This document shows positions 40,391-60,641 of a stretch of 64,000 nucleotides of DNA, in pieces; the first letter of the stretch is position 1, and the number at the start of each line of letters is the position of its first letter. A program made the translations under genes and the position numbers. This stretch comes from the human T2T-CHM13v2.0 reference genome, Homo sapiens. The DNA is taken from the NCBI RefSeq assembly GCF_009914755.1, contig NC_060925.1; one strand, given 5' to 3'. The notes below the pieces were generated by a model. That model ran no database searches, was not told the origin of the DNA, and saw only the letters and a program-made list of their open reading frames with translations.

Positions 40391-41517
40391 GCACTGGGGT
40401 GGGATATCTAGGCCCAGGGAGGGGAGGTGTCAGATTCTTAAGTGCATCTTTAGTACATCAGAGTCTGGAAGTTAACTGGGGAGAGGTCAGGTGGGGGTGG
40501 TGGTGGCGGGAATAAGTCGTGGAGGGGTCTCAGGAGAAATAACCGGAGGGTTCTTCAGTAACACCATCGCGAATTCATTTTCCTGCCTCCTTTCCCCTCC
40601 CCCCATAGCCGTTATCTAGACCAAAGTCGGGGTGGTGGTCTTACCTGTGAAGAAGTGGGATCGTTGGCATGTCCTGATTTAGGAGAAAGATTTTGGCTAC
40701 TATGAATGTCATGTTCTAGCCTAGCCTCTTACTCGCAATTAGGGACTTGGAAGAATACGACAAGTTTTCTCATAACAGGGATGTACCCAATCAACCTGCA
40801 GAGGTGAAGCCAATTCTACATAGGAGTTGTTTGAATACCTTTTAAAGTTTGTCTGGAAACTTTCCTTATTTAATTCTGAGTGGTTTTTTTCAGATGGCGA
40901 ACAATACTGTACTATCGATTGAGCAATATCCCTCACTTTTCTTTTACTTCCTCCCCGCTTAGCATGATAAGAAGTAAGTTTCCTTTTAGGAGTCTTCCTT
41001 TTGGGAATGGTTTCAGAAACGATCAATTAGCAAAAGGGCAAAAAATTACTACTTTATGAAGAATGCCCTTTCAGCTTAGCGTAAAATTAGTAATCTCGTA
41101 ATGATGCTACAGCTGATGTTTTGAGTGCTTACTGTGTGCCTGGCACTGAGCTAAGACCTTTATGTGAAGAATTTAACTTCATAGTAACTCCTCCTAGAAC
41201 CTATTTGCAGATGAGGAAATTTAGGTGTTGAGGGCTTAAGTAATTTACTTAGATCACACAGCTAGTTGCAAGGTTGAGGTAGGATTTGAATCCAGGTTTG
41301 TCCCAACTATAGTGCCTGTGTGGGATGCCACAGAGGAGTTTCTTTAATCTGTGTTTCTCTCCTTAAAAGCTTAAATTGTAAATGACCAAAGAAGTGTCAA
41401 GTATTATTTTTTCCAACAATTTATTAGGAAAATATTTTGAACTATCCGTCAATATTATAAAACTTACGGGGAGCAGTCATACACCCAACCGCCTAGATCC
41501 TACTGTTAACATTGCAT

Positions 41518-41842
41518 TCCGGACATGCACAGCGGCTCACGCCTGTAATCCCAGCACTTTGGGAGGCCGAGGCGGCAGGATCACTTGAGGCCAGGAGTTC
41601 GAGACCAGCCTGGCCAACATGGTGAAACCCCGTCTCTACTAAAAATACAAAAAATTAACCCGGCGTGGTGGCGGGTGCCTGTAATCCCAGCTATTCGGGA
41701 GGCTGAGGCAGGGGAATCGCTTGAACCTGGGAGGCGGTGGTAGCAGGGAGGCGGTGGTAGCAGTGAGCCGAGATCGTGCTACTGCACTCTAGCCTAGGTG
41801 ACAGAGGGAGGCACTGTCTCAAAACCCCCTCCAAAAAAAAAA
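41518..41842 (+). mobile_element. AluS with a small internal tandem duplication
   Basis: gggaggcggtggtagca repeated. Confidence 0.88.
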
Positions 41843-42393
41843 TTGCATTCCACTTGTTTTATCATATATTTACCCCTCTATCCCTCTTTCTGTTCATCAG
41901 TCGTGTTATTTTAATGCATTTCATCGTAGTGTTTTGAACAATAAATTTTTACCATTGATAAGTTTACGAAATGTTGGATTCACCTAATGCAATAATTAGT
42001 CATAGAGCAAGTTAAGCTGTATGATGGTATGTCCAAATAGTTTTGTAAGTATAAATGTTGTGTATGGAATGCATGTGTTTTGAAATTTTAAAATTTTCAA
42101 GTTGTGTTCAGTTTTGAACTAGATCCTTACTGTGCTTGGATGAAGGCATATGGCATATAGTCCACCAATGAAAATATACAGGGTAAATTACTTAAGATAT
42201 GTAATGTTAATTCAGGGAGATTTCTGCATCCAGTTGCTGTGAATGTTGTCATTCACCTTCTGTACTAGGATGTTCTAGGATATTCTAGAAAACATTGATG
42301 TGTGTTGACAACAAATTCAACTAGATTTTAAATATATTCTGCCTCTTGTCGTACACTTAAAAGATGTTACTGGTCTTGTGAATCTTCTGCTAA

Positions 42394-42753
<360 letters not shown>

Positions 42754-43704
42754 TAATTTTATTTTTAACAACCTATAACATACGCAGGACTTGTATAGGT
42801 TTCCCCCATTATTTTGCCAGTTTCATCACAGAGGAAAATTACATTCATTGATTTTTGGAATTAATGGTGTGGTGGCACATGCTTCTAGTCCTCGCTATTC
42901 AGAGGTTGAGGTGGGAGCATTGCTTGAGCCCAGGAGTTGGAGGTTGCAGTGAGCTATGATATTGCCACTGCTCTCCAGCCTGGGTGACAGAGGGAAACCC
43001 CCTCTCTAGAAAAAGTAAAAATAATACATAAATAATATTTTTTGATCCATAATTCATTTTGTTTTTGATATTTCATTAGAATGTTCGGTATGATTGTCTT
43101 AAATGATATAAGTACTTTTTTCCACTTTTTTTTGGTGTGTGCCAAATTACATGTGGATTCCATATGTATACTCCAAGCCGATTAATGGGGACTATGCAGT
43201 ACCATGTCTTTGGAAATTGACTGCCTTGAGGGAGTTGAAACAAACTATCCACATAGACTTAGATAGTAACTTTAGGCTATTCAATCTGAAATTGCATTGA
43301 TGACATGGTATTGTACTTAATGATGCTTACTGCTTTTGACCTTTGTAATCATGTCACAAAAAAGTTGCTAAGCACCTGTGCTATTTCATAAGCTACATGC
43401 TAGGCATTGTGCTTTGTTACTTAGGGTCATTTAGGATAATATATGCTGGCTCTCTTGATAAATTGTGAACTCCTTTAACATAGTATCTATTTCATTGCTT
43501 TTTGCGTCTGGACATCTTGTGACCTCTACACAGTAGGAACTCAAAAGACTTGCTGACTTATTTTTGTAAGAATAGCTTACCTAGTACAGCAGAGGCTCTA
43601 TGGGTTGAGTACCAAGTTCTCTGCTTTGTAATTTTGAGGGGCTCTGTAAATCTTTCATAGCGTCCTTTACTCCCCAGAGTTCTCTCCTATGGATCCAGAT
43701 TTAG

Positions 43705-44057
<353 letters not shown>

Positions 44058-45366
44058 GGTGACTGCATTTTAAGACCATTGGGTTAACAACCTTAAATTC
44101 TAGGTAGGCCTGCCTGATGTCTTGTTTTTATATTTGTGGGCAGTCGGAACACTTGTATTCAGAATATGCTGGAATGCTAGTCTCTCAATTTGTGAACACG
44201 GGGGAGCTGAGTATGTGGGTGGATCAGCGCTATATTCATCTATCATCTCTAGTATAGAGAGAATTAAGTTCATATCCTAGTGCCTATACATGAAGGCGTT
44301 ACAGCAAGCATCACACCCACACAAATACATACACACACACACACTTTAAAGTTGGCATATTATTTAATTTTTTTAGATGATAAAATTTTTGTTTTCTCAA
44401 ATAGCTTTTAAGACTCATTAGGTAGGCTTATTATAAATGATTGAATTATTTATGCATGGCTATTATAATAACCAGTATGTTATGAAGTATGAGGTCTAAC
44501 TAAATCGGGCGGCCATATTTTGTTGTAAAATCCTTGTCTTTTCAAAGTTTACATACAAAATAATAACTTTTGTAAATGTAAATATTACCCGGTCTAGTAA
44601 ATTGTATTCATTTTCATACTTAAAATTCTGTGTGTATTAAATTTGAGATGTATATACCTGGTATGCTTAAAAAAGAGAGAAAGCATATGTATAAGTAGTA
44701 TGCTTCCATTTTTTGTGAAAAACAAAACAAAACGACCTTTCTTGCCTCCCCACATTTGTGTCTGTATATGCTTGTACATGTATGAACTTAGAGAAAATTG
44801 TGGAGGACACAGTTTGGGATATTACCACTGATTACCTTCAGTGGGTAGGGAGGAGAAACGAAAGAGAGTATAAGGGTGCAAATTTCACAAAGTGGAAAAA
44901 GTATTCATGGTATAATGCTAAGTGAAAATGTAGACTATAAAATGTTATCTATTAATATATAAATCTGTGAAAATTGAACACACATATAGACAGTAGAAAA
45001 TACGAACAAATGAAAGCATTGACTTCATGATGTGATGGGATATGGAGAAGTTTTATTTTGAATTTCTGTTATTTTAATATTTTATAATAAAATAATTGCA
45101 AAAGATTGATCCCTCTTAATTCCTTAATTAACTTTTTCTCTTTTCTGTCTTTTTGCTAAATGTATTACTTAAAAACATGGCGGTACATATCATTACAATA
45201 TTTGCGGTTTATATGTATGCAATGTGAATAATTTGCTTTTAGAAAGTATTGACTCTTTGTTTAGAGACCATTTGAAGAGGCCATTCAAATACAGTGATTC
45301 TGCATTGTTTTCACACTGCTTCCCATCTTGTAACACACAGAGGGATCTGTAAATAATAATACTTGT

Positions 45367-45678
45367 GGCTGGGTACAGTGGTTCATGCTTGTAATCCTAG
45401 CACTTTGGGAGGCCGAGGCAGGAGGATGGCATGAGGCCAGGAGTTTGAGACCATCCTGGACAACATAGCAAGACCCCATCTCTACAATAAATTAAAAAAA
45501 TTACCCGAGGTTTAGTAGCCTCGTCTACTCATGAGGCTGAGGTGGGAGGATTGCTTGGAGGATTGCTTGAGCCTAGGATTTCGAGATTGCATTGAACTAT
45601 GATTGTGCCACTGCACTTTAGCCTGGGTGACAGAGCAAGAGAGACACTGTTTTTTTTTTTTAAAAAAAAAAAAAAAAA
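45367..45678 (+). mobile_element. AluJ-like flanked by ~90-100 bp direct repeats
   Basis: Diverged dimer. Confidence 0.85.
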
Positions 45679-46277
45679 GGAGAGGCCATTCTAATACTGA
45701 GAATGATTCTGAGTTGTTTTCACACGCTGGTTCTTCCCATCTTGTAATAAGCAGAGACATCTATAAATAATGATAATACTTGGTATTATAAACCCTTAAG
45801 TGCCAGTCATTTTTCTAAGTATTTTACATGTGATGTATTTTTCAACCACAATTATTGTCCCATTTTATAAATTAGGAAATTAAGGCACAGAGAGATTTGC
45901 TGGAGATATGATGGCTAAATCAGGATCAATTATTACTTGAACTGGTCCTGTTCGATCATATAGGTTAGAACTTTTGTTTATCCAGAAATATTATGGTTAG
46001 TGTTTATATTCTCATTTGTAAAATAAAGCACATAATTCTTTATCTGGAATGTATGGATGTTAGAATAATTTGAATTACATTCAAACAAAGTTGATGTAAG
46101 TTACTTCTTAGGAATCATTAAGTTAACTTGTTCCCTAAGAAATACATTTTTGTTTGAGATCATCTTAAAATATGTATTCACAGCTCACATTTATTTTTTA
46201 GAAAATATACACTAAATATTTTGAAGCTGTGATTTACTTTAAAGATTATGTTTGTACTTTTTTTGACAATGGAAAGA

Positions 46278-46570
46278 TTTTCTTTTTTCTTTTCTTTTTT
46301 TTTGAGACAGAGTCTTGCTCTGTCGCCTAGGCTGGAGTACAGTGGTGCCATCTCAGCTCACTACAACCTCCACCTCCTGGGTTCAAGCAATTCTCCTGCC
46401 TCAGTCCCCCGAGTAGCTAGGATTACAGGCGTGCACCACAATGCCCAGCTAATTTTTAGACAGGGTTTCACCATGTTGGCCAGGCTGGTCTTGAACTCCT
46501 GACCTCATGATCTGCCCGCCTCAGCCTCCCAAAGTGCTGGGATTACAGGCGTGAGCCACTGTGCCTTGCC
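46278..46570 (-). mobile_element. AluS
   Basis: Dimer. Confidence 0.88.
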
Positions 46571-47654
46571 AGAAAGGTTTTCTTACTAAAGAATATGTAA
46601 GTAGATAAATATAAAATTTCAGTTTCTATGGATACTTAAGAGGTATTTTTGAATTCTGTATTAGGAGAACAGCCACTATTTAAAGAAAAGTGATATTTCC
46701 CTTAAAAATTCTGATTATTTTACTATGAGCTAACTGTATGTACTTACTTTAGCAAAGGAGAAAGGCAAGTATTGTATAAATGTACTGTATTCAACCCAAC
46801 AAAATTGCTAATACTTGACCATTTGACTTAAAAAAAAATGACACTTTTATGTGGCTTAGCCATTAGCAGGAGCATGGGTTTTTCAAAGTCAGTTTATGGT
46901 ATAATCTCTGGAATTTAGCAATTTTGGGGTAGTAATAGTTCTTATCCAACCTTCTCATACCTATACCCACTTTCTTGTACTTAGGAAATATTTATATTGT
47001 TATTTTAATTTCATTCATATCATCTTTCTGGCCTCCTAGAAGCTTTAATTAGCTGCCTTTGACCAAAGATAGTCCTTTTTTTTGTTTTGTTTTGGTCTAT
47101 CCAGCGTATAGAACCCAGCACTGTCAGTTCTTTGAGAACCCAGCACATATCAAGAATCATATGTGTTTTTCTTTCTTTACACTTCCCAATATGTCTTACA
47201 AATGTATTTTAATACTGACATGCATATTATACATTTATAAGCCAAAAATTAATCTACTATTCCTGTCTCATCTAACTACTCATTTCTGTCCCTCCCTCCC
47301 TCCCTCCTTCCCTCCCTCCCTCCCTTCTTTCTTCCCTCCTTTCCTTTCCTTCCTCCTTCCTTCCTTTTTTTCCATAGTTGAAATAATTTCAAAGAAATAA
47401 CACACATCACATCATTTAATCTATAAATACTTCCGTGTGTATTTCTAACAGATAAGAATTTTTAACAAGCACAACCACAATACTGTTACGACCTAACAAA
47501 AGAGTTCCTTAATCCAGTCTGTGTTCAGACTTCTCTTATTCTTTAAGTGTCTTTTTACACTGATTTGTTTAAATCATCCAACTAAGAGTTACACATTTCA
47601 TTTAGTTTATATGTTTCTTAAGTTTTTCTTAACCTTAATCACCTCCCCCCACCT

Positions 47655-47949
<295 letters not shown>

Positions 47950-48138
47950 CAATAATCCCCTTTCTTAACTCATACCCCCTGTGCTCCTTTCCCATGCTAT
48001 TTATTTGTTGAAAAAAATAGGTTATTGTTCCAGGATAATTTTCCACATTTTGGATTTGGCTGATTGAATCCTTGTTATGGTATTTAACATGTTCCTTTAC
48101 CCCTCATATTTCCCACAAATTAGTAGTTAAATACAGAG

Positions 48139-48315
48139 CAGTGGTTCTGAACTTTGGCTAAAACTTTAGAATTATCTGGAGAGCTTTTAGTTATCCTGAT
48201 CCCTAGGCCACATCTCCGATAAATTAATCAGAGCCCATGAGGTAAAATGTCATCATCAATATTTTAAAAAATTTACCAAGTGATTTCAGTCTGTAGCCAA
48301 GATTGAGAGCCCTAG
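48139..48315. mobile_element. MER5-like hAT MITE
   Basis: cagtggttctgaactttggc ... gccaagattgagagccct. Confidence 0.55.
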
Positions 48316-48992
48316 TTGGTAGAGCTTGATGAGTTTAGGTTCAGTTTCTTTGGCAAGAAATATTTATAAAGAGTGGTTATATAATTTATTTGCAATCAGA
48401 CAATTTTGAGAATGAAAGGGGGTGCTATAATGATTACACAGAAGGAATAGTTTAAACTGGAATTGTTCTAGACAAATTAGGATTTATAGTCATTCCATTA
48501 GATGGGGCTGTGAATTCTTGTTGGATCGTTCTAGGAGGTAACTTAAGTGGTGGTTCTACTTTTAGTGATACTAAATGGATCATTTGGTTTAGGTTCTGTC
48601 AGTGGGATCCAAATGTAATTTATTTTTAACTTTTCACTTAATGATAATTCTTGCCTATATCCATTATTTCATTAGAAGAGTGATTTTTTTTGGTCATTTC
48701 TTTTGTATTTATTAACTGGAATTCTTTCATAAAGAATTCCCTCATCAATTATTTGGTTACCTTGTAATACGGTTTGTAAAGAAAAAGCAGGATAAATGCT
48801 TATTTTTTTCCCCTTTATCAGTAATTTTCAGAAAAATGAATTGATGCCCGCCCTCACAACTCCCAAAGGTGAGGTTTGGGAGGGAGTATCATTAGGAACT
48901 CATGAGTTTTACCATATGTGATACATTCTAATTTATCATAGTCATTATTTTTGGTGTTCAATTTGTTGTATCTTTGATGATTGGCGGTCTCT

Positions 48993-51981
<2,989 letters not shown>

Positions 51982-52046
51982 TGGTCTTCAAGGTCGGCAC
52001 CTCGATCCTTTTTAAAAATTGATTTTTTTATATTTAAAAAATCACA

Positions 52047-52347
<301 letters not shown>

Positions 52348-53191
52348 TTAAGTTTAAAAAAATGTGTTAAAATGTACATAACAAAGTGCAGTAAGCCAGG
52401 CACAGGAAGACAAAAACTGCATCTTGTCACTTAATGTGGAATCTAAAACAATAGAACTCATAGAAGCAGAGAGTAGAATTATAGTTACCAGAGCATGGGG
52501 GATGGAAGGGAGGGACAGGAAGATATTGGTCCAAGAGTAGAAAGTTGTAGTTAGGTGGTGTGAATAAGTATTTAAGGTGATGGATATGCTAATTTGCTTG
52601 ATTCAGTCATTCCACACCGTATACATACGTGTGTATCAAAACACCACTGTGTACCCCCTTAATTTTGTGCAATTATAACTTCTCAAAAAGCAAATCATAT
52701 AATAAATATATATATATATATAATATAACATTTACCATTTTAACAACTTTAAGTGTATAATTCAGTGGCATTAAGTACATAAACAATATTGTGCAATCAT
52801 TACCATTATTCATTTCACCCACAATAGAAACTCTACATGTTATGCAGTAACCCTGCATGGTCCCTTGCGCCAGCCTCTGGTAAACTTTAAATTACTTTCT
52901 GTGTCTATGAAGTTGCCTATTCTAGATATTTCATGTAAGTGGACTCATACAATATTTATCCTTTGGTGTCTGACATTTCACTTAGCATATTTTCAAGGTT
53001 CATCCAGTTATAGTATGTATCAGAACTTCTCATTCCTTTTTATGGCTGCAAAATATTCCATTGTGTGCATATACATTTTGTTTATCCATTCATCCATCAA
53101 TAGACACCTTTTGGCTATTGTAAGTAATGTTGCTATAAACATTGGTATGTAAGTATTTGTTTGAGTCCTTGCTTTCACTTCCTTCTGGTAT

Positions 53192-53538
53192 TGTGATGGT
53201 TTTAATGAGTGTCTTTTAAAATTCATGTTGAAATTTGATTCCCAATATGGCAGTATTAGGAGGTGGGCCCTAGTGGGAGGTGTTTGGATAGTGGGGACAC
53301 TGCCCTAATGAGTTGTTACAAGCAAGGTTCTACCTTTTGTAAGTCTCTTTGCCCCCTTGCCTTTTTGCTTTTCCATGCTGTGGTGCAGCACATAGCCCTC
53401 ACCAAAAGCTAAGCAGACACCAGTGCCATGCTTTTGGACTTCCCAGCCACCAGAATTGTGAGCTACATAAACCTCTTTTCTTTATAAGTTACTCAACCTC
53501 AGGTATTCTGTTACAGCAAGACTAAACAGACTAGTACA
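53192..53538 (+). mobile_element. MST-like MaLR LTR
   Basis: tgtgatggttttaatg...aaattcatgttgaaa ... aggtattctgttacagcaa...ctagtaca. Confidence 0.7.
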
Positions 53539-53599
53539 GGTATGTACCTAGAAATGGATTTGCTGGGTTATATAGGAATTCTGTTTATCCTTATTTATT

Positions 53600-54679
<1,080 letters not shown>

Positions 54680-55002
54680 TTGAAGTGGTATCTTACTGTG
54701 GCTTGGATTTGAATTTTTCCAGTGACTAATGATGCTGAACATTTTTTCATGTGTTTATTGGCCTTTTGTATATGTTCTCTGGAGAAATGTTATTTAAGTC
54801 CTTTGTGCATGTTTTTTAATTGCACAAATTTAAGTCCTTTGTGCATGTTTTTTAATTGCTTGTCTTTTTTGTTGTTGAGTTTTAGGAATTGTTTTTATAT
54901 TCTAAATATTAAACTCTTATCACAAAAATAATTTACAAATATTTTTTTCCCATTCTGTAGATTGTCTTTTCACCCTCACGATAGTGGCCTTGATGCACAA
55001 AA

Positions 55003-55318
<316 letters not shown>

Positions 55319-55640
55319 AAAAGTTTTAAATTTTAATGAAATCCAATTTGTGTTTTTCTTTTGTAGCTTATGCTTTTGGTATCATATTTAAGATGCTATT
55401 GCTAGATCTAAGTTCATGTAGATTTTTCCCTATGTTTTCTTCTAAGAGTTTTAGTGTTTAGGTCTTTAATTTAGGTCTTTAATCCATCTTGAGTTAATTT
55501 TTGTTTATGGTACAAAGTAAGTGTCCAGTTTCAATCTTTTGTGTATGAATATCCAGGTTTCATAGCACCTTTTGTTGAAGAGCCTGTTCTTTCCCCATTG
55601 AGTGGTCCTGGAAACCTTGTTGAAAGTCAGTTGACCATCG

Positions 55641-56028
55641 TATCAGTTTGGGCTGTCGTAACACAGTATCATAGTCTGGGTGGCTTAAACAACAAATTTA
55701 TTTCTTACATTTCAGGAGGCTGGGAAGTCCAAGATCAAAGTGCCCACAGGTAGGTTTTATTTTCAGGCCTTTTCTCTTGGCTTGTAGGTAGCCACTACCT
55801 TGCTCTGTGCTCATGTGATTTCTTAGTGTTTGTGAGGTGAGAGAGAGTGTAAGCTTTCTGGTGTTTCTTCTTAGAAGGGCATTAATCACATCATGAGAGC
55901 TCCACTCTCACTACCTCATCTAGCTGATTACCTTTTAAAGTCCCCCTCTCCAAGTATTATTACATGGGGGGTTAAGGCTTCAACATATGAATCTGGGGAG
56001 GAGGGATACAAACATTCAGACCATAACA
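55641..56028 (-). mobile_element. MLT1A-like LTR
   Basis: cagtttgggctgtcgtaacacagtatcatagtctgggtggcttaaacaaca ... aacattcagaccataaca. Confidence 0.7.
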
Positions 56029-56516
56029 ACGACAAATGCGAGAGTTTATTTCTAGACTTTCAGTTCTGTTCTATTTGTCTATATGCCTGTTCTTGTGTCA
56101 GTACTACACTGTTTTGATTACTGTAGCTTTGTAGTAGGTTTGAAATTAGGAAGTAGGAGTCCTCAAGTTTTTTTTTTCAAGATTGTTTTGGCTATTTGGG
56201 GTGTGTTGAAATTTCACGTGAAATTTAGGATGGTTTTTTCCTATTTCTGAAAAAAGAGTTATTAGGATTTTGACAGGGATCAAAATTGAATTTGTAAATC
56301 AAGGGTAGTTACTGTCATCTTAACAATGTTAAGTCTTCCAGTCTGTGAACATGGAATGTCTTTCCATTTATTTTGGTCTTCTTTTATTTCTTTCAGCAAT
56401 GTTTTGTACAGGTCTTTTAGTGTACAAGTCTTGTGCTTCCTTGGTTAAATTTTTCTCAAGTATCAATCAGTATAATCTACCACATTAGTAGAATGAAGAA
56501 AAAAAAGAACTCACTA

Positions 56517-56839
56517 CAGTCTGTCCTTTGTATCTATGAGTTCCACATCTGCAGATCAAAAATATTTGGAAAAAAAAATAAAAGGTAATACAAATTTATT
56601 CCTTAATCAAGGACCAGAGGAAAAAAAATACAACATTTAAAAATAGAGTATAACAACTGTTTGCATAGTATTTGCATTGTATTAGGTGTTATAAGTAATC
56701 TAGAGATGATTTAAATTGTATAGGAGGATGTGTGTAGGTTATATGCAAATACTATATATAAGGGACTTGAGCATTCAAGGATTTTGGTATCTTTGGGGGG
56801 TCCAGGGTCCAGTCCCCCACAGATACTGAGGAATGACTA
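56517..56839. mobile_element. MER2-like TcMar-Tigger element
   Basis: ta-cagt start; gtattaggt...ataagtaatctagagatgatttaaa core; ends agatactgaggaatgact. Confidence 0.7.
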
Positions 56840-57636
56840 AATCATCTCAGTTGATGCAGAGAAAGTATTAAAGAAAAGCTAACATCCTTTCCTTTGTAAA
56901 AGCACTTTAATAAACTAGGAAAAGAGGGGAATTTCCTCAACATGATAAAGGCTACCCATGAAAAATCATTGCTTACATCATATTCAGTGGTGAAAGACTG
57001 AGAGATTTTATCCTCAGATGAGGAACAAGATGAGGATGCCTTCTTTCACCATGTCTATTCAGTGTAGTATTAGAAGTTCTAGCCAGAAGTTAAGCAAGAA
57101 AAAGGAAATAAAAAGCATTCAAATTGGACAGGAAGAAGTAAAACTATCTCTATTTAAAGGTGACATGATCTTATACGTAGAATACCCTTAAAGTTATGCC
57201 AAAAACAAAACTGTGCAAGTTAGTAAGAAATTCAGCAAAGTTGCAGGATATGGCATCAACACACAAAAATCAGTTGTATTTATGTACACTAGAACAATCC
57301 CAAAAGGAAATTTTAAGAAAACAATTTCATTTACATTAGAGTCAAGAAGAAAAAAAAAATACTGAAACACCTGTATCCCTTTGACTTAACTCCAATAGTC
57401 CTTGAAAGATTCCTCCCCGTCCGCCAAAAAAATAGAACCAGGCTCATCTATACATACGCTACTTCAGACCTGGAATTAACTTGTTTTGCAAGACGCCTCA
57501 GTACCTTTCAGTGGAAGATGTTATCTGGAGACCACAGCCTGAACTCAGACAAGCTTTTTGAAGTTAGAATCTTTATGAGATGGTGTAAGTTGCTTATTTC
57601 CCATTCACTCCTGAGCCTGCCTGCCTCTGTCTGCCT

Positions 57637-57813
57637 ATTTTTTTTTTTTTTTTTTTTAAGAGACAGGATCGTACTCTGTTGCCCAGGTTGGAATGCAGTG
57701 GCATGATCACGGCTCACTGAAGGCTTGACCTCCTGGGCTCAAGCAATCCTCCCACCTCACCCACCTGAGCAGCTAGGACCACAGACAATACCCTTGTGCC
57801 TGGCTATTTAAAT

Positions 57814-57853
<40 letters not shown>

Positions 57854-57963
57854 TAGAGACAGGGTCTCCATATGTTGTCCAGGCTGGTCTTGAACTCCTG
57901 GGCTCAAGCAGTCCTCCACCTCTGCCTCCCAAAGATTATAGGTGTGAACCACCCTGCCTGGCC
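57637..57963 (-). mobile_element. AluJ-like
   Basis: Diverged dimer. Confidence 0.85.
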
Positions 57964-58292
57964 CTAGCTTATCTTTCTGTTTTGGCACTGAAATTCTTCT
58001 CTTTAGGAACACTGAAATGATCTAATAATCACCAAATCTAATGGATGCTTTTCAGAGATTATTTTATTTGACTTTTCTTAGATCTTTATTTGACCTTTCT
58101 TATTTCTGTTGCCCTTCCTTCCTCGACTTTTTCCTTGTTTTATGAGATGGCATTCTCATGGTTCTCCTCTTGAATTGCTCTTTTTGCGTGCTCAATAAGT
58201 GTTATTCCCTCAGCTTGTATTTTCTTGAGCAATCTCTTCTACAATAGTGGTTTTACTTAATTTTTTTTTTTTTTTTACTTAGTATTTTTTAA

Positions 58293-58945
<653 letters not shown>

Positions 58946-59994
58946 TATTTTTATTTTTATTTTAGAGACAGTCTTGCTATGTTGCCCTGGATGGAATGCA
59001 GTGGCAAGATCATAGCCCTCTGCAGCCCCAGTCTGTTATTCTTCACATATTATCTCTATTAGTTACTGGCTTCTAGTCACCCAAGTTAGAAATCTGTGAG
59101 TCATCTTTTGTTTCTTCCCTTTCCCTTACTGTTTAGTTTTAATTGCTAAGTCTTGTTAATACTACATCAGGTATGATTTTAAAAACATTTTTGATGTTCT
59201 ACTGCCACCACCTTAGTTCTGGTACTCATTTTGCATGTTTTGTCTTTTGACTTTCCTTGCTTTTACAACTCTTCTTTTCGCACTCCCTTCTTTACTGTTT
59301 CCTCTACCCCATTCATTTTTACACATTGGAGACAGATTTTTCTTCTAAAATGAAAACATGTTTATCTTTGAGGTAACAAGTTGGCTCCCTTATTATTCCA
59401 GTTCTCTAAGGTGGTTATTGGTCAGAGTTTTTTCCTGTGGCGAAAGGCAGCTTGCCTTACAGCTCTGACTCCTATCAGAAATTTACTTTTTCTTTGTGGG
59501 AGAGTTTCTTTCTGAGTGTCTTTGCTACTATCACGCTAGCTTTGGTAGAGGCCCTGCTCGTGACCCCACCCTCTGTGGTGACAGAATCTTTGCCTAATTC
59601 CACCCAGCACAGCTGAGACCAGGCTGTGATTATTTCAAAACAGACTTTATTAAAAACTTAGTATAATAGGGAATTGCAGAACAAATATGTATGTATTTAT
59701 ATATGTATTATGTGTGGCTGATCTAGGAGAAATAGGCAGCATCTACTTGCTGAGCTTTCAGTTGTCTCATGGTGAGCAGAGGGCATCTTTTCTTTGAAAC
59801 TCAGAAGCAGGTTGAAATCTGGGGGAATTAACTTATTTTTTTCCTTTCTTCCAAAGACCTTATTTCATGACCTATAATTTGTGTCCTGGCTGACTAACAT
59901 TGGGAATATCAGTTCACTTTAGGAGATTCAGTCTCCTTCCTGCTCAGATTTATTGTTACTCTGTCTCCAGTAGAACAAATAGACCATTAGTACA

Positions 59995-60535
59995 GAAGAG
60001 ATTCATTCATTGAACAAATATTTAGGACATGTGTCAGATGTGGTTCCAAGTGCTGGACAAAGAATAATAAGGAAGTTAAGCTTTGTGCTAGTGGTGGGGG
60101 TAAGATAGAAAATAAAAAAGAAATAGAGAAAATAATTTTAGGTAGTGAAGAAAACAGGACAGCATAAGATAATATGATAGTGATTGCAGTAGGAAGAATA
60201 GATAATTCTCTGAGCATGTTGGTTTTTGTGTATGATCTAAAGAGTATGATCTCTTAAAAAGATTCTTTTGGCTCCTGTATATGAGATGAACTTCAGGGAG
60301 CAAGATGGGAAACAGAGGGTCAGTTAGGAAGCTATTGGTATAATTCAGGTATGAAAGTAATCATTGGAGTAGAGTGTAGATGATGAGAATTGGTTGGGAT
60401 ATATTTTGGAGGTACAGTCAATAGGACTTGTTGATAAATGTAGTGAAATAAAGAAGACCACTAACCCCTAGGTAGCAGGGTTAGTGCTAGATAGTTGGTG
60501 GCACCATTAATTGAGATAGGAAAACTGGGGAAAGA
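59995..60535 (-). mobile_element. L2 fragment
   Basis: attcattcattgaacaaatattt (L2 3' end) and purine-rich antisense body. Confidence 0.6.
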
Positions 60536-60641
60536 ATACACAGTGGTCGGGATGAAGGAGGAAGCTATTATTTCCTTACTTTAGATCACTCCACTGATTT
60601 AAAAATTGGTGATTACTTAACACCTACAGTGTAGTCTGAAT

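Noticed and set aside
40639-40647. Minus-strand consensus donor CAG|GTAAGA in intron 1
   Set aside because: A single 9-mer with no supporting promoter or exon; can occur by chance.
59390-59700. Possible exon or retrocopy with a minus-strand AATAAA
   Set aside because: No ORF, poly(A) tail or recognisable homology; may be an old LTR that I cannot assign.
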